Assembly (NCBI GenBank): GCA_051382295.1
Contig: JBBCAW010000004.1
Span: 75,053-139,052, forward strand
Length of the DNA stretch: 64,000 nucleotides
Source: Bdellovibrionota bacterium FG-1
GTDB lineage: Bacteria > Bdellovibrionota > UBA1018
Reading direction: 5' to 3'
Both the position numbers and the translations under genes were made by a program. Under the pieces are notes generated by a model. That model was not told the DNA's origin. It did no database searches and was given only the letters and a program-made list of their open reading frames with translations. Below are positions 53,624 through 62,468 of this stretch, piece after piece (positions within the stretch are counted from its first letter, which is position 1; each line of letters opens with the position of its first letter).

Positions 53624-54775
53624 ATGATTCTTCTCTTTCTTCTCATGGCTGCGTCGGTTTTTGCACCCGTATTTGCAAATGACGATTGGCATTCTGGACT
53701 GCAAGGCGACCCACGAAGCGTAGGTCGTGGGGGGACCGGCGTTGTGCTTTCGGATGATTTATGGGGAGTTTTTGAAAACCCCGCCGGCAGCGCTCTCACA
53801 GTGCCCGGCACCCAGTTGCAGTATTCGAAAAACAAAATTCAGGACACGCAGACCCTAGTCGCTGGACGTGAGTTGCAGTTTTTTTCGGCCGGGTTAGTCG
53901 CTCCGGAGACCCCCTGGGGATTTTCAGCGGGGCTTTCAGAGTCCAGTCAGGCTGAAGCGGTACGGGAATATTCAGTGAGTGCATCCCGACTTTTTTTGAA
54001 CGAACATCTCTCGCTCGGGGCGTCCCTGAACTACGGCTATAGTGTCTCGGCGGATCGGATGTTAGTTTATCAGTCGGCTTGGGGTGCGACTTTGGGCGGG
54101 ATGTACCGGTTTCCGAAAAGATTCTTGGTCGGCATGAGTTATCGTTCGGCGATGGGTTACTCCAAAAGTGACGGGGGGGCTTTTTTGCATCCTTGGAATT
54201 TTGAAATGGGGTTGGGGCAGATTCCCAATCGTTTTTTTAGGGCCGAATTGGGCGTGAGATTCATTGGCGCGAGCGAGCCAGGTGTGTTTTCAATTCATGC
54301 CCAGCCGCATTTGGGTTTCGAGTATGAGTTTATCAACCTCAGACAGATTCAAATTCGGCTTTATAGTGGCAGCTATCTTGAAAACTCTAGGCTCCACGGT
54401 ACTTTTGGGTTTGGGTTAGATCCGTGGCTTTTTTCAGTGGGGGCCTCGGTTGATGTCGCCTCGGGATATCGAAATTACCTCTTTGCGGTGGGTCTTGACG
54501 TTGGGCGAACCCTCAAACGCTTGAGAGTGGCACCTTCGACTGTTTCGGCCCCGCCGGGAGGAGTGTTTCCGAGTCCGTTGGAGGTCAACGAGGATTGGTT
54601 GCCGCCTCGCTTACAGGATGATCCGGAAAATTCGTTTCAGGACATTGGACCATCGCCCGACCGAATTAAAAAACGAATTGAAAATATGGATCAAATTATT
54701 AAAGATCAACCCAAAGCCATCGAAGACGAAGCCGGGGCTTTTTTGCAGGATTGGAACGACCTCACGGGCGATTGA
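53624..54775 (+). CDS. Outer-membrane beta-barrel (FadL/PorV-like N-terminus)
   Basis: Signal peptide; RSVGRGGTGV...FENPAG plug motif; beta-strands; Pro-rich helical C-terminal extension. Confidence 0.6.
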   Translation: MILLFLLMAASVFAPVFANDDWHSGLQGDPRSVGRGGTGVVLSDDLWGVFENPAGSALTVPGTQLQYSKNKIQDTQTLVAGRELQFFSAGLVAPETPWGFSAGLSESSQAEAVREYSVSASRLFLNEHLSLGASLNYGYSVSADRMLVYQSAWGATLGGMYRFPKRFLVGMSYRSAMGYSKSDGGAFLHPWNFEMGLGQIPNRFFRAELGVRFIGASEPGVFSIHAQPHLGFEYEFINLRQIQIRLYSGSYLENSRLHGTFGFGLDPWLFSVGASVDVASGYRNYLFAVGLDVGRTLKRLRVAPSTVSAPPGGVFPSPLEVNEDWLPPRLQDDPENSFQDIGPSPDRIKKRIENMDQIIKDQPKAIEDEAGAFLQDWNDLTGD

Positions 54776-55208
54776 TCAGGTAATCGATCATTTCGTTGCA
54801 TTCACTCGCGACATCCCCAAAGTCATCTTTGGGCCTTAAGTGAATCCGGGCTTCGTGTTTTCCAGCCCGAATGTCGCGAAAAACCCTCTTAAAGTGGAAC
54901 ATGGGTCCTGCGGTACGGTGGGAGAGGACCAGGCCAAAGATGGAAACCAGGACCAAAAAAACGCATGAAAACCCGCCGAGCAAAACGAGAATTTGATGGA
55001 GTTCTCGATAAAGTTGCGCTTTGGCCTCATCTTCCATAGGACTCATATCGACCAACACTTTGTAGTTTTCACGAATGTAGGCGTAAAAAACCAAAGCATT
55101 GGAAAAAATCAAGATGAGGCCTGTAAAACTGGTCCAAAAAACATATCTGATCTGATATCTGGGGTTAATGAGCAAGTTGCGGAGTTTTCGGTGTGATTTT
55201 TCACCCAT
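54762..55208 (-). CDS. Small 2-TM protein with HAMP-like C-terminus
   Basis: LLINPRYQ, two TM segments, SHRTAGP...LRPKDDFGDVA..CNEM. Confidence 0.65.
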   Translation of the reverse strand: MGEKSHRKLRNLLINPRYQIRYVFWTSFTGLILIFSNALVFYAYIRENYKVLVDMSPMEDEAKAQLYRELHQILVLLGGFSCVFLVLVSIFGLVLSHRTAGPMFHFKRVFRDIRAGKHEARIHLRPKDDFGDVASECNEMIDYLINRP

Positions 55209-55225
55209 GAGGGTTGCCTCCAGTT

Positions 55226-55555
55226 TTAGCCATTTTTGCCACTTTTCGAAAGACAATCGCTGCAGCTTTTTAGAGCGGAAATTCTTTTTTTTGCGATGTT
55301 GACGTTGGATTGGGCTTTGATTCGCTCAGAGTGATCCTCGGGATCGAGCCCTTGGATAAAGTCTTGGTTGACTTGCAAGATCGAGTTGAGGCGACGAATC
55401 GATTTTTCGATCTTGTCGCGATCCAGGCTGAGATTCGCGCATTCATCGCAGGCCCAAAGAGCGGATAGGGCCATGAACAAACCCAACCCAAACCCTACAC
55501 TTAGCTTTTTTATTGGGCTCAGGTGCACCGGATTTAAAACCCTATCGGATGCCAA
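55226..55555 (-). CDS. Small exported helical hypothetical protein
   Basis: Hydrophobic signal-like stretch, CDEC and CSDC, coiled coil; start uncertain. Confidence 0.45.
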   Translation of the reverse strand: MASDRVLNPVHLSPIKKLSVGFGLGLFMALSALWACDECANLSLDRDKIEKSIRRLNSILQVNQDFIQGLDPEDHSERIKAQSNVNIAKKRISALKSCSDCLSKSGKNG

Positions 55556-56403
55556 ACGGTCTTGTATTCAACAAAGCTGAGCACTCGATCGAGTGAGAGG
55601 CGTGGCTGTTTTAAGTCCTTCGCGGCGATACGCTTCATATTGCCACAGGCCAATGCTTTGAGCTCTCCTCGGGTTTTGCCATCGTTTCCCTCGTAACTGA
55701 GGGACTGAATTTCCATGTGGGAGGCAAATTGTGTGGCCAACTCGGATAGGCTTCCGGTTAAAAGGTTGACCACCCCTTTGGGGAGATCGGAGGTCGCGAA
55801 AACCTCAGCCAGGGGGGCGAGGATCGCGGCCCCTTTTTCAGGTAAAAGTGCAATCATCGCATTGCCGGAGCAGAGAATAGCCGCGAGCTGCGCAACGACA
55901 TCGCCTAGGTTGAGTTCCCCATCAAAAAGAACGCCCACGACACCGACTGGTTCTGGCGCGGTAAAACAGTGATGGGGACCGGCCACCGGATTAACGCTTC
56001 CGATGACTTGAGCGTATTTGTCGGCGAAACCCGCATAGTACACAAAAGCATCAATCGCTTGATCTACGGCCTCATTGGCCAGTTTCTTGTCATAACCCAA
56101 AGTTTCTTGAAGGGTCTCGCCAAATTCAGCGCGTTTTCCCTCGGTCATTTCGGCCATGCGGTAAAGAATTTGGCTACGGTTGTAGGCGGTTTTTCCCGCC
56201 CAGCTGTTTTGCGCTTCGAGCGCGGCGGTTACGGCATTTCGCAAATCCTTGCGCGAGGCGCGGCAGAGATGCGCAAACAGCGTTTTGCCGTCTTGAGTGT
56301 AGACCGGCAGGGTCCGACCGGACTCCGTGCGAGGAAACTCGCCACCGATGAATAGCTTGATGGTTTTAGGGACCCGCAAATCTGGGGAGTTTAAACCGCT
56401 CAT
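55534..56403 (-). CDS. Short aldehyde dehydrogenase-family protein (NAD-binding part only)
   Basis: KLFIGGEFPRTESGR, NRSQILYRMAEM, EPVGVVG, SDLPKGVVNLLTG, EYKTVWHP; no catalytic GQxC region; ATGA-coupled to the upstream ALDH. Confidence 0.85.
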   Translation of the reverse strand: MSGLNSPDLRVPKTIKLFIGGEFPRTESGRTLPVYTQDGKTLFAHLCRASRKDLRNAVTAALEAQNSWAGKTAYNRSQILYRMAEMTEGKRAEFGETLQETLGYDKKLANEAVDQAIDAFVYYAGFADKYAQVIGSVNPVAGPHHCFTAPEPVGVVGVLFDGELNLGDVVAQLAAILCSGNAMIALLPEKGAAILAPLAEVFATSDLPKGVVNLLTGSLSELATQFASHMEIQSLSYEGNDGKTRGELKALACGNMKRIAAKDLKQPRLSLDRVLSFVEYKTVWHPIGF

Positions 56404-57851
56404 GATTGAACCTCCAAATACGAAAGAAGCCCGTGGCGGCCCCCCTCGCGGCCCCATCCGCTTTCGGCATAGCCTCCGAATGGCGCGGTGGGATCAAACT
56501 TGTTGTACGTGTTGGCCCAGATCACGCCTGCCTTGAGGGCTTGCGCGGTTTTTTGAATTTTGGAGCCTTTGTCGGACCAAATTCCAGCGGCTAGACCGTA
56601 AGGCGTGTCGTTGGCCTTGGCGATGGCTTCTTCGGGGCGGCGGAAAGTGCTAATCGTGAGAACGGGACCAAAAATTTCGACCCGATTCAAGGTAGAACTG
56701 CCAGCGACGTCATTGAAAAAACAAGGTTTAACAAAGTAGCCGCGCGCGGGAAGCGAGCGTTCAGAGGGTTCAAAAAACTCGCCGCCTTCTTGTTTGCCCA
56801 CCTCGATCCACTGGCGGATTTTCTTGAATTCGGTTTCGGAGTTGATCGCCCCGATGTCGGTGTTTTTATCCAACGGATTGCCCACGCGAAGCGTGCCCAT
56901 GCGGTTTTTGAGCTTTTTTACGAAAAGCTCGGCAATGGATTCCTCAAGGAGGAGTCGAGAGCCCGCGCAACACACATGGCCTTGATTGAAGTAAATGCCA
57001 TTGATGACGCCTTCGACCGCCTGATCGATGGCCGCATCTTCATAGATAATGTGGGCGGATTTTCCGCCGAGTTCGAGGGTGAGGGTTTTTGAGGTATGAG
57101 CAATGGACTGCGCGATTTTCTTTCCGACTTCCGTCGAGCCCGTAAACGCGATTTTGTTGACATCGGGATGAGAAACGAGCGCGGCGCCGGTTTCTCCCTC
57201 GCCTGTAATGATATTGACCACGCCGTCGGGGAGTCCTGCCTCTTGGAAAATCTCAGCAAGGAGTAGCGCTGTCAATGATGTCGTTTCGGCAGGTTTGAGT
57301 ACGACGGTATTACCGCAGGCGAGCGCCGGGGCAATTTTCCAAGCCGCCATTAAGAGAGGAAAATTCCAGGGAATGATCTGTCCGACCACGCCGACGGGCG
57401 AAACCTTCTTGCCGGGCACTGCATATTCGAGCTTATCAGCCCAACCCGCATGATAAAAGAAGTGAGCCGCGACCAGAGGGATGTCCACATCTCGGGATTC
57501 GCGAATGGGTTTACCATTATCCAGCGTTTCCAGGACAGTCAGTTCGCGTGCGCGTTCTTGAATGATCCGGGCAATCCGATAAAGGTATCGTCCGCGGTCA
57601 CGTCCTGAAATCTTTGACCAGACTTGATCATAAGCGCGCCGCGCCGCTTTGACTGCGCGGTCGACATCGGCCGCGTCCGCTTCAGCAATTTCCGCAAGAA
57701 CCTGCTCCGTGGCAGGGTTGATCGTCTTGAAGTATTTTCCCTGGGCCGGGCTGACAAATTTTCCACCGATAAAAAGCTCGTTTTTCGGCTTTATTCGGAC
57801 AATGTCAGTGGCTTCGAGCGAGGGGGCATAGTCAAAAGGAGTGGTCGTCAT
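56400..57851 (-). CDS. Aldehyde dehydrogenase
   Basis: IIPWNFP, LKPAE, FTGSTEVG, LELGGK, NQGHVCCAG, EIFGPV, PFGGY.ESG.GRE. Confidence 0.95.
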   Translation of the reverse strand: MTTTPFDYAPSLEATDIVRIKPKNELFIGGKFVSPAQGKYFKTINPATEQVLAEIAEADAADVDRAVKAARRAYDQVWSKISGRDRGRYLYRIARIIQERARELTVLETLDNGKPIRESRDVDIPLVAAHFFYHAGWADKLEYAVPGKKVSPVGVVGQIIPWNFPLLMAAWKIAPALACGNTVVLKPAETTSLTALLLAEIFQEAGLPDGVVNIITGEGETGAALVSHPDVNKIAFTGSTEVGKKIAQSIAHTSKTLTLELGGKSAHIIYEDAAIDQAVEGVINGIYFNQGHVCCAGSRLLLEESIAELFVKKLKNRMGTLRVGNPLDKNTDIGAINSETEFKKIRQWIEVGKQEGGEFFEPSERSLPARGYFVKPCFFNDVAGSSTLNRVEIFGPVLTISTFRRPEEAIAKANDTPYGLAAGIWSDKGSKIQKTAQALKAGVIWANTYNKFDPTAPFGGYAESGWGREGGRHGLLSYLEVQS

Positions 57852-57862
57852 TTTAGCCTCTT

Positions 57863-58828
57863 TCAATCCAAAGAGAATGCTTTGTCGTAATAGTATACGC
57901 CGGTGGCTTCTTTAAAAATCTGTTTGAGCAGATCATTGAGCAGGGCGCTCGCGCCAAATCGATACAGATCGGGTGTTAACCATTGCGGACCAAGAGTTTC
58001 GGACAACATACATAAATATTGGATCGCTTGTTTGGAAGTCCTGATCCCGCCCGCAGGTTTCATCCCGATTTTTATGCCGGTTTCGGCATAGTGGTCCGCG
58101 ATTGCTTGCAGCATGACCAGCGTGACTGCCGGCGTGGCCGCAGGGTTGACTTTGCCAGTCGATGTTTTTATGAAGTCGCCGCCTGCTCTCATGGCGATAT
58201 CCGATGCGAGCCTGACCTTATCGTAAGAGCCCAGTTCGCCAGTTTCCAGAATGACCTTGAGGTGGACGGATTGACCACAAGCCTCTTTGACTGCCGCGAT
58301 TTCATCGAAAACTTGCTGGTAATCGCCGGATAGAAACGCGCCTCGGTTGATGACCATGTCGATTTCGTTGGCGCCACTTTCTACGGCCATCTTGACATCT
58401 TGAATTCTGATTTGAAAAGGGAGCTGGCCTGCGGGAAAGGCCGTGGCTACGGACGCGATCTTGACTTTTGAGCCGCGAAGGGCTTTGGCGGCAATGGGTA
58501 CTAAAGCGGGGTAGACGCAAACCGCTGCAACCGAGGGCAGTGGGCGAAAACTCGATTGCTTTGAAAGCGCCGCGAGTAAAGAGGGGGGGGCGGGTTGAAT
58601 GGCCTTAGCGCAAAGTTGCTTGATCTTGCCGGGGGTGTCCGCACCCTCCAGAGTGGTCAGGTCACACATCTGAATGCAGGTATAAAGCGCGTCTAGCTTG
58701 GACTGTTTTTTGACGCTTCTTTTGGCAAAAAAATCAGCGCGCTCTTGAATGCCCACGGCATCGATCGGATGCATAAAAAACGGCAATCGAGAGCCGGAAG
58801 GCGCTTCAATGGAAATGACCCGGTTCAT
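57863..58828 (-). CDS. deoC: Deoxyribose-phosphate aldolase
   Basis: DLTTLEG.DT, AAVCVYP, GANEIDMVI, HLKVILETGEL, DFIKTSTGK, GMKPAGGIR, RFGAS. Confidence 0.95.
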   Translation of the reverse strand: MNRVISIEAPSGSRLPFFMHPIDAVGIQERADFFAKRSVKKQSKLDALYTCIQMCDLTTLEGADTPGKIKQLCAKAIQPAPPSLLAALSKQSSFRPLPSVAAVCVYPALVPIAAKALRGSKVKIASVATAFPAGQLPFQIRIQDVKMAVESGANEIDMVINRGAFLSGDYQQVFDEIAAVKEACGQSVHLKVILETGELGSYDKVRLASDIAMRAGGDFIKTSTGKVNPAATPAVTLVMLQAIADHYAETGIKIGMKPAGGIRTSKQAIQYLCMLSETLGPQWLTPDLYRFGASALLNDLLKQIFKEATGVYYYDKAFSLD

Positions 58829-58876
58829 ATAATCCACTCCGATTGTGGCAAATAGCATGGCACGTCAAAATAGGCT

Positions 58877-59018
58877 AGGAATTATCGGTGAGGGATGTCG
58901 GGGTCGTCCATCCTTGGACTCCGCGCGAAAACGCGCTTCCTGCGCGCGCGGATCCCCTCACCCTCACCGATAATTCCTTGCGTGGGAGCGGGAGCAGGGG
59001 GACACACAGTTAGGTGGA
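58877..59018. repeat. REP/REPIN-like palindromic element, copy 1
   Basis: Perfect 18-bp inverted repeat AGGAATTATCGGTGAGGG (58877-58894) / CCCTCACCGATAATTCCT (58961-58978) with inner hairpins, then a GGACACACAGTTAG tail shared with copy 2. Confidence 0.7.
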
Positions 59019-59089
59019 GCGACCCTGGAGTGATGGGGCGCTGCGCTTGACGAATTGACTCAGAATGAGTTGGGTGATACCGAATCAAA

Positions 59090-59569
59090 ATGAGGCAAAT
59101 TGCCAAATTTTTTGTCGGAGTATTGGCCATCGCGCTAATGAGTGGTGGTTGTGGCGGTGCGAAGGATACCGACTCAAAAATTGCGCCACTCATTGCGCCA
59201 CTCATTGCACCACTTCCTTCGTCCGGCGAAAGTAAGACCGAAGGTACTGAGAAGAACAAGCCAGACAAGCTGCCAGATACAATTCGATGCAACCAGGTCC
59301 ATTCGTCCTTTCAACTGGTCTTAGTTCTTAGGAGTCCACAGCTTCCTCAAGGGACGACAGCAATTGGATTAAAGAACGGTGAAACGGTAGTTTTCAAAGT
59401 TGTTTCTCAGCTTTACACCGACGAAAGCAATTTATTAAAGTTTGTCGAAACTCCAGCGACTTTGAATTCGAAGGAAGTCAAATTTGATCTTCAGACCAAA
59501 GTGGCGACCCTTTTAAAATTTCAGATGACCGATCTTGAGGATGGTTCGACTTTTAGTTGCCAGTTTTAG
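59090..59569 (+). CDS. Hypothetical lipoprotein
   Basis: LMSGGC lipobox; IAPL x3 encoded by a 12-bp tandem repeat. Confidence 0.6.
   Translation: MRQIAKFFVGVLAIALMSGGCGGAKDTDSKIAPLIAPLIAPLPSSGESKTEGTEKNKPDKLPDTIRCNQVHSSFQLVLVLRSPQLPQGTTAIGLKNGETVVFKVVSQLYTDESNLLKFVETPATLNSKEVKFDLQTKVATLLKFQMTDLEDGSTFSCQF
59180..59215 (+). repeat. 12-bp in-frame tandem repeat (ATTGCGCCACTC x3, last copy degenerate)
   Basis: Read directly from the sequence. Confidence 0.85.
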
Positions 59570-59630
59570 GTTCATCTAAAACCCTTGCTTTAAGAGAATG
59601 AACTCGGTCTTAATATTCGCGATTTTTGAG

Positions 59631-59646
59631 TGGAATGGCCCTTGCT
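59631..59646 (+). promoter_or_regulatory. Candidate sigma-54 promoter
   Basis: TGGAATGGCCCTTGCT has GG-N10-GC spacing and lies 12 bp before ATG 59659. Confidence 0.4.
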
Positions 59647-59658
59647 CTATGGTCGACC

Positions 59659-60180
59659 ATGACCAAAATCGAAGTCAAAGTGAGTGAAATTGAATCCAAG
59701 ATTTTCTTGATTAGAGGAGAGAAAATACTGTTGGGCCCCGATCTGGCGGAGGTCTATGAAGTCCCCACCAAGCGCTTAAGTGAACAGGTGAGACGCAATC
59801 TAAGACGTTTTCCCTTAGATTTCATGTTTATCCTTACAGATCAAGAGTTTAGAAACTTGAAGTCGCAATTTGCGACTTCAAGTTCAGAATGGGGTGGCAG
59901 TCGAAAACCGCCCATGGCGTTCACTGAGCAAGGCGTTGCTATGCTCTCGACCGTTCTTAATAGTGACAGAGCAATTGAAGTGAATATTGCGATCATGCGA
60001 GCTTTCGTGAGGTTACGGAAGGTCCTGATTTTGGACAAGGAGTTCGAAAACCGAATCGCCCAAATAGAACGCAAATACGATGGTCGGTTCAAGGTCGTTT
60101 TTGAAGCGATCCGAGAACTCATATCTACGCGCTCAGTTCCTCGCAAACGAATCATTGGACTCGGAGAACCGGATACATGA
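59659..60180 (+). CDS. ORF6N-domain DNA-binding protein
   Basis: IRGEKILL..DLAEVYEV.TKRL.EQVRRN..RFP.DFMF.L, AFTEQGVAMLSTVLNS.RAIEVNIAIMRAFV. Confidence 0.9.
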   Translation: MTKIEVKVSEIESKIFLIRGEKILLGPDLAEVYEVPTKRLSEQVRRNLRRFPLDFMFILTDQEFRNLKSQFATSSSEWGGSRKPPMAFTEQGVAMLSTVLNSDRAIEVNIAIMRAFVRLRKVLILDKEFENRIAQIERKYDGRFKVVFEAIRELISTRSVPRKRIIGLGEPDT

Positions 60181-60219
60181 TCCTTCCATCGCGGGGTATA
60201 GTAATTGTCGTACCCGGGT

Positions 60220-60302
60220 TTATCGGTGAGGGCTGTCGGGGTCGGGCGTCACCAATAATTCCTTGCGTGGGGTCGGGCCAAGAGGACACACAGTTAGATG
60301 GA
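60220..60302. repeat. REP-like element, copy 2 (internally deleted)
   Basis: TTATCGGTGAGGGCTGTCGGGGTCG...TCACCAATAATTCCTTGCGTGGG...GGACACACAGTTAGATGGA matches copy 1 without its inner ~50 bp. Confidence 0.7.
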
Positions 60303-60722
60303 TCGCAGTCGCAGAGCGAATTTTCGGTGGTCAGATCTCTAGCTCAATTAATTTCGCGTCGTTGGCACAGAAGGGTGGCAAACGGAGCTTTTGATAGTAA
60401 GCTTTTATCCGATTTCAGCAGAGAGTTCCAAGGAGCCCTCTGCCGAAATCGGCTATTTAGCTAGAGCCCTACTGTTTGGCAATCAACAACCTCCAATGAC
60501 GTTTGCACTCCGTGTGGTTCCCGGAAAAGTATTTCGATGCCGGAGGAAAACACATCACTCCCATCTGAGAAGGCATTGGTCTGTGGAAGATCAATTAGCG
60601 CTAACTCATAATCTTGCTCCATTTTCTTGGAAGCGCGAATGACTGTAACCGGCGAGTCCCGGCGAATCGTTTTGTTGGCGCGGTTGGACTTGAACAAGAC
60701 AGGATATTGAGCCTGATAAACG

Positions 60723-61421
60723 GTGTCAAATCGGCCGTTAGTAAATAAACTGCTTGTTTGCAAAGCGGTTGTCATCATGGTCGTCGGATCCCTAGCTGCC
60801 AGCCCTGGTTTCGCGGATGGGCTCTATTTACAGGAGTCGTTGGTTCCCACTTATTACAAAGCGGACCCGACACCCGTCGATCCGACCGTTCCACTCAGCC
60901 CTGCATCCGGCCTCGGTTATGATACCAAGACGACAGTCGGGTATATTCTGTTCAATCGCTTGTTCTTGGGTGCGAACCTGAACTTCAAGAACACTCCTCT
61001 GAACCAAGATGCCCTCACGGGAGCCGGTGCGCAGAAGGCGATCTCGAGTTCCACCAAATATCTCGAGTTCGGTCCATCCCTCGGCTACGTGCACGGCGGA
61101 TTCCACGGGATCTTGACCTATATCATGGCCGGCAACCGCACCTATTCGGAGAAACAGACCAAGGCGGACGGCACGGTGTCCTCGGATATGCAGACCGCGG
61201 ATGCCATCGGATCGGGTATCCAAATCGATGTAGGATATTCGTTCCAGCTTTCGCCGCGTTTGGCGCTCGGACCGAGCCTGGTTTACCGTTCGGTAAGCTA
61301 CAAGACCCAGAGCCTCACCGATAATCTGAGCCCCGCTAACAGTACTAACGGCGTGACGTTCACGACCAATCCCGTGGATGCCAATATAACTCCTATGATC
61401 ACCTTGTCCTTTGGGTTTTGA
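60723..61421 (+). CDS. Outer-membrane beta-barrel protein
   Basis: Signal peptide (PGFA-D), beta-strands, C-terminal LSFGF; start uncertain (60723 or 60777). Confidence 0.65.
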   Translation: MSNRPLVNKLLVCKAVVIMVVGSLAASPGFADGLYLQESLVPTYYKADPTPVDPTVPLSPASGLGYDTKTTVGYILFNRLFLGANLNFKNTPLNQDALTGAGAQKAISSSTKYLEFGPSLGYVHGGFHGILTYIMAGNRTYSEKQTKADGTVSSDMQTADAIGSGIQIDVGYSFQLSPRLALGPSLVYRSVSYKTQSLTDNLSPANSTNGVTFTTNPVDANITPMITLSFGF

Positions 61422-61431
61422 TTTTTTATTT

Positions 61432-61470
61432 ACAGGAGGGGGGGCTAAACGCTGCCCCCCTTTCTCCTGT
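61432..61470. terminator. Hairpin terminator after barrel gene
   Basis: ACAGGAGGGGGGGC...GCCCCCCTTTCTCCTGT stem. Confidence 0.55.
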
Positions 61471-61854
61471 GTCTACGCTTTACCATTAGCTATGCTCTCA
61501 TCGGAGCGTTCCGGTCAAAGTTCATTAGCCAGTTGACACCCGAGTCTGGCAGGGGCGCAGTCTAAGTCCCTTCGTTTTCGCGCGGGCCGTGGCCGAGAAT
61601 GCGCGCGGCCCTTAGCCCATTTGTAAGGGCTGTAACCTCAGAATTATATAATTTCTGGGTAGTTTTGCCGCTGCGATGACAGCCAGGCCGGGCGCGCTCT
61701 TTCCGGCCAATCAAGACCACCAAAGTCTACGCCTAAGTCTCCCCAGATAGACTTTTCCGCTGATTCCGACCCCCACAAAAAATCCCAATCGTTGTAATTT
61801 CACAAGCATGGCAGTGCACGCATCCTGGCACAACACCTGCTCTAAGAGCAGCCC

Positions 61855-62207
61855 ATGTACGCCAACACAGCTTACGAAGCGCTGTACTTACAATCTGTCT
61901 TTGGAATCCACTTTGGGCGCTGCTCTATCACGTCGTCACCACGCTCGCGCTCAACCTTGAAACGCTTGAAGCATTCGGACGACTCACCGACGGTGTGTCG
62001 CTCTACGCGGCAGCCCTCGTCTCGTCGCGGCTCTATCAGGCGTTCGCCGTGTACTCGTGGCTGCAACTCATGATCGGCCCGCTGTTCACCGGCTCCCTCA
62101 TCATGGGGTTGCGTCCCCTGCTTTCAGATTCAGCGCCCAACGCTCTGCCCGAAAGCGTTTCATCGGGTGCTGGCCTTGCCGCCAGAGCCGCGATTGGAGG
62201 TTTGTGA
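61855..62207 (+). pseudogene. Remnant of a membrane-protein gene (N- and C-terminal pieces in different frames), possibly conjugation-related
   Basis: MYANTAYEALY... then, in another frame, ...LYHVVTTLAL...YQAFAVYSWLQLMIGPLFTGSLIMGLRP...GGL*. Sigma-54-like TGGCACAACACCTGCT at 61826-61841 lies upstream. Confidence 0.4.
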
Positions 62208-62241
62208 TGTATTCTCTTTCGTCTTTCTGCATCGATTTCAC

Positions 62242-62305
62242 AGGGGTCCGGGGCAGCATGCCTCGGGGTGGTAAACGGGCTCTGATATCAGAGTCCATGC
62301 TTGCG
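62242..62305 (+). other. Candidate origin of transfer (oriT-like)
   Basis: GC-rich hairpin CCGGGGCA-GCA-TGCCTCGG, perfect palindrome CTCTGATATCAGAG (62280-62293), then ATGCTTGC resembling MOBP nic sites. Confidence 0.35.
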
Positions 62306-62468
62306 TCTGCGGATTTCGGCCCTTTTTCTTCGCAACAGCTCCCTGCATTATGTGCCCATTTCTCCTACGCCGATGCGAGCAACCACAACGAATCGAACGA
62401 TGAACCAAGGTGGGTGTCATGACCAAAGAGGCTGGCGATAAGATTGCTACTCCCTGTTCCAACAGCTC

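Noticed and set aside
58877..60302. Integron attC sites (GTTAGGT and GTTAGAT fit GTTRRRY)
   Set aside because: No complementary RYYYAAC at the other end of either element, and the nearby recombinase shows no recognisable IntI features.
61547..61620. tRNA gene
   Set aside because: Only an 11-nt match to a tRNA-type end; no T-arm (GTTCGA) or cloverleaf on either strand.
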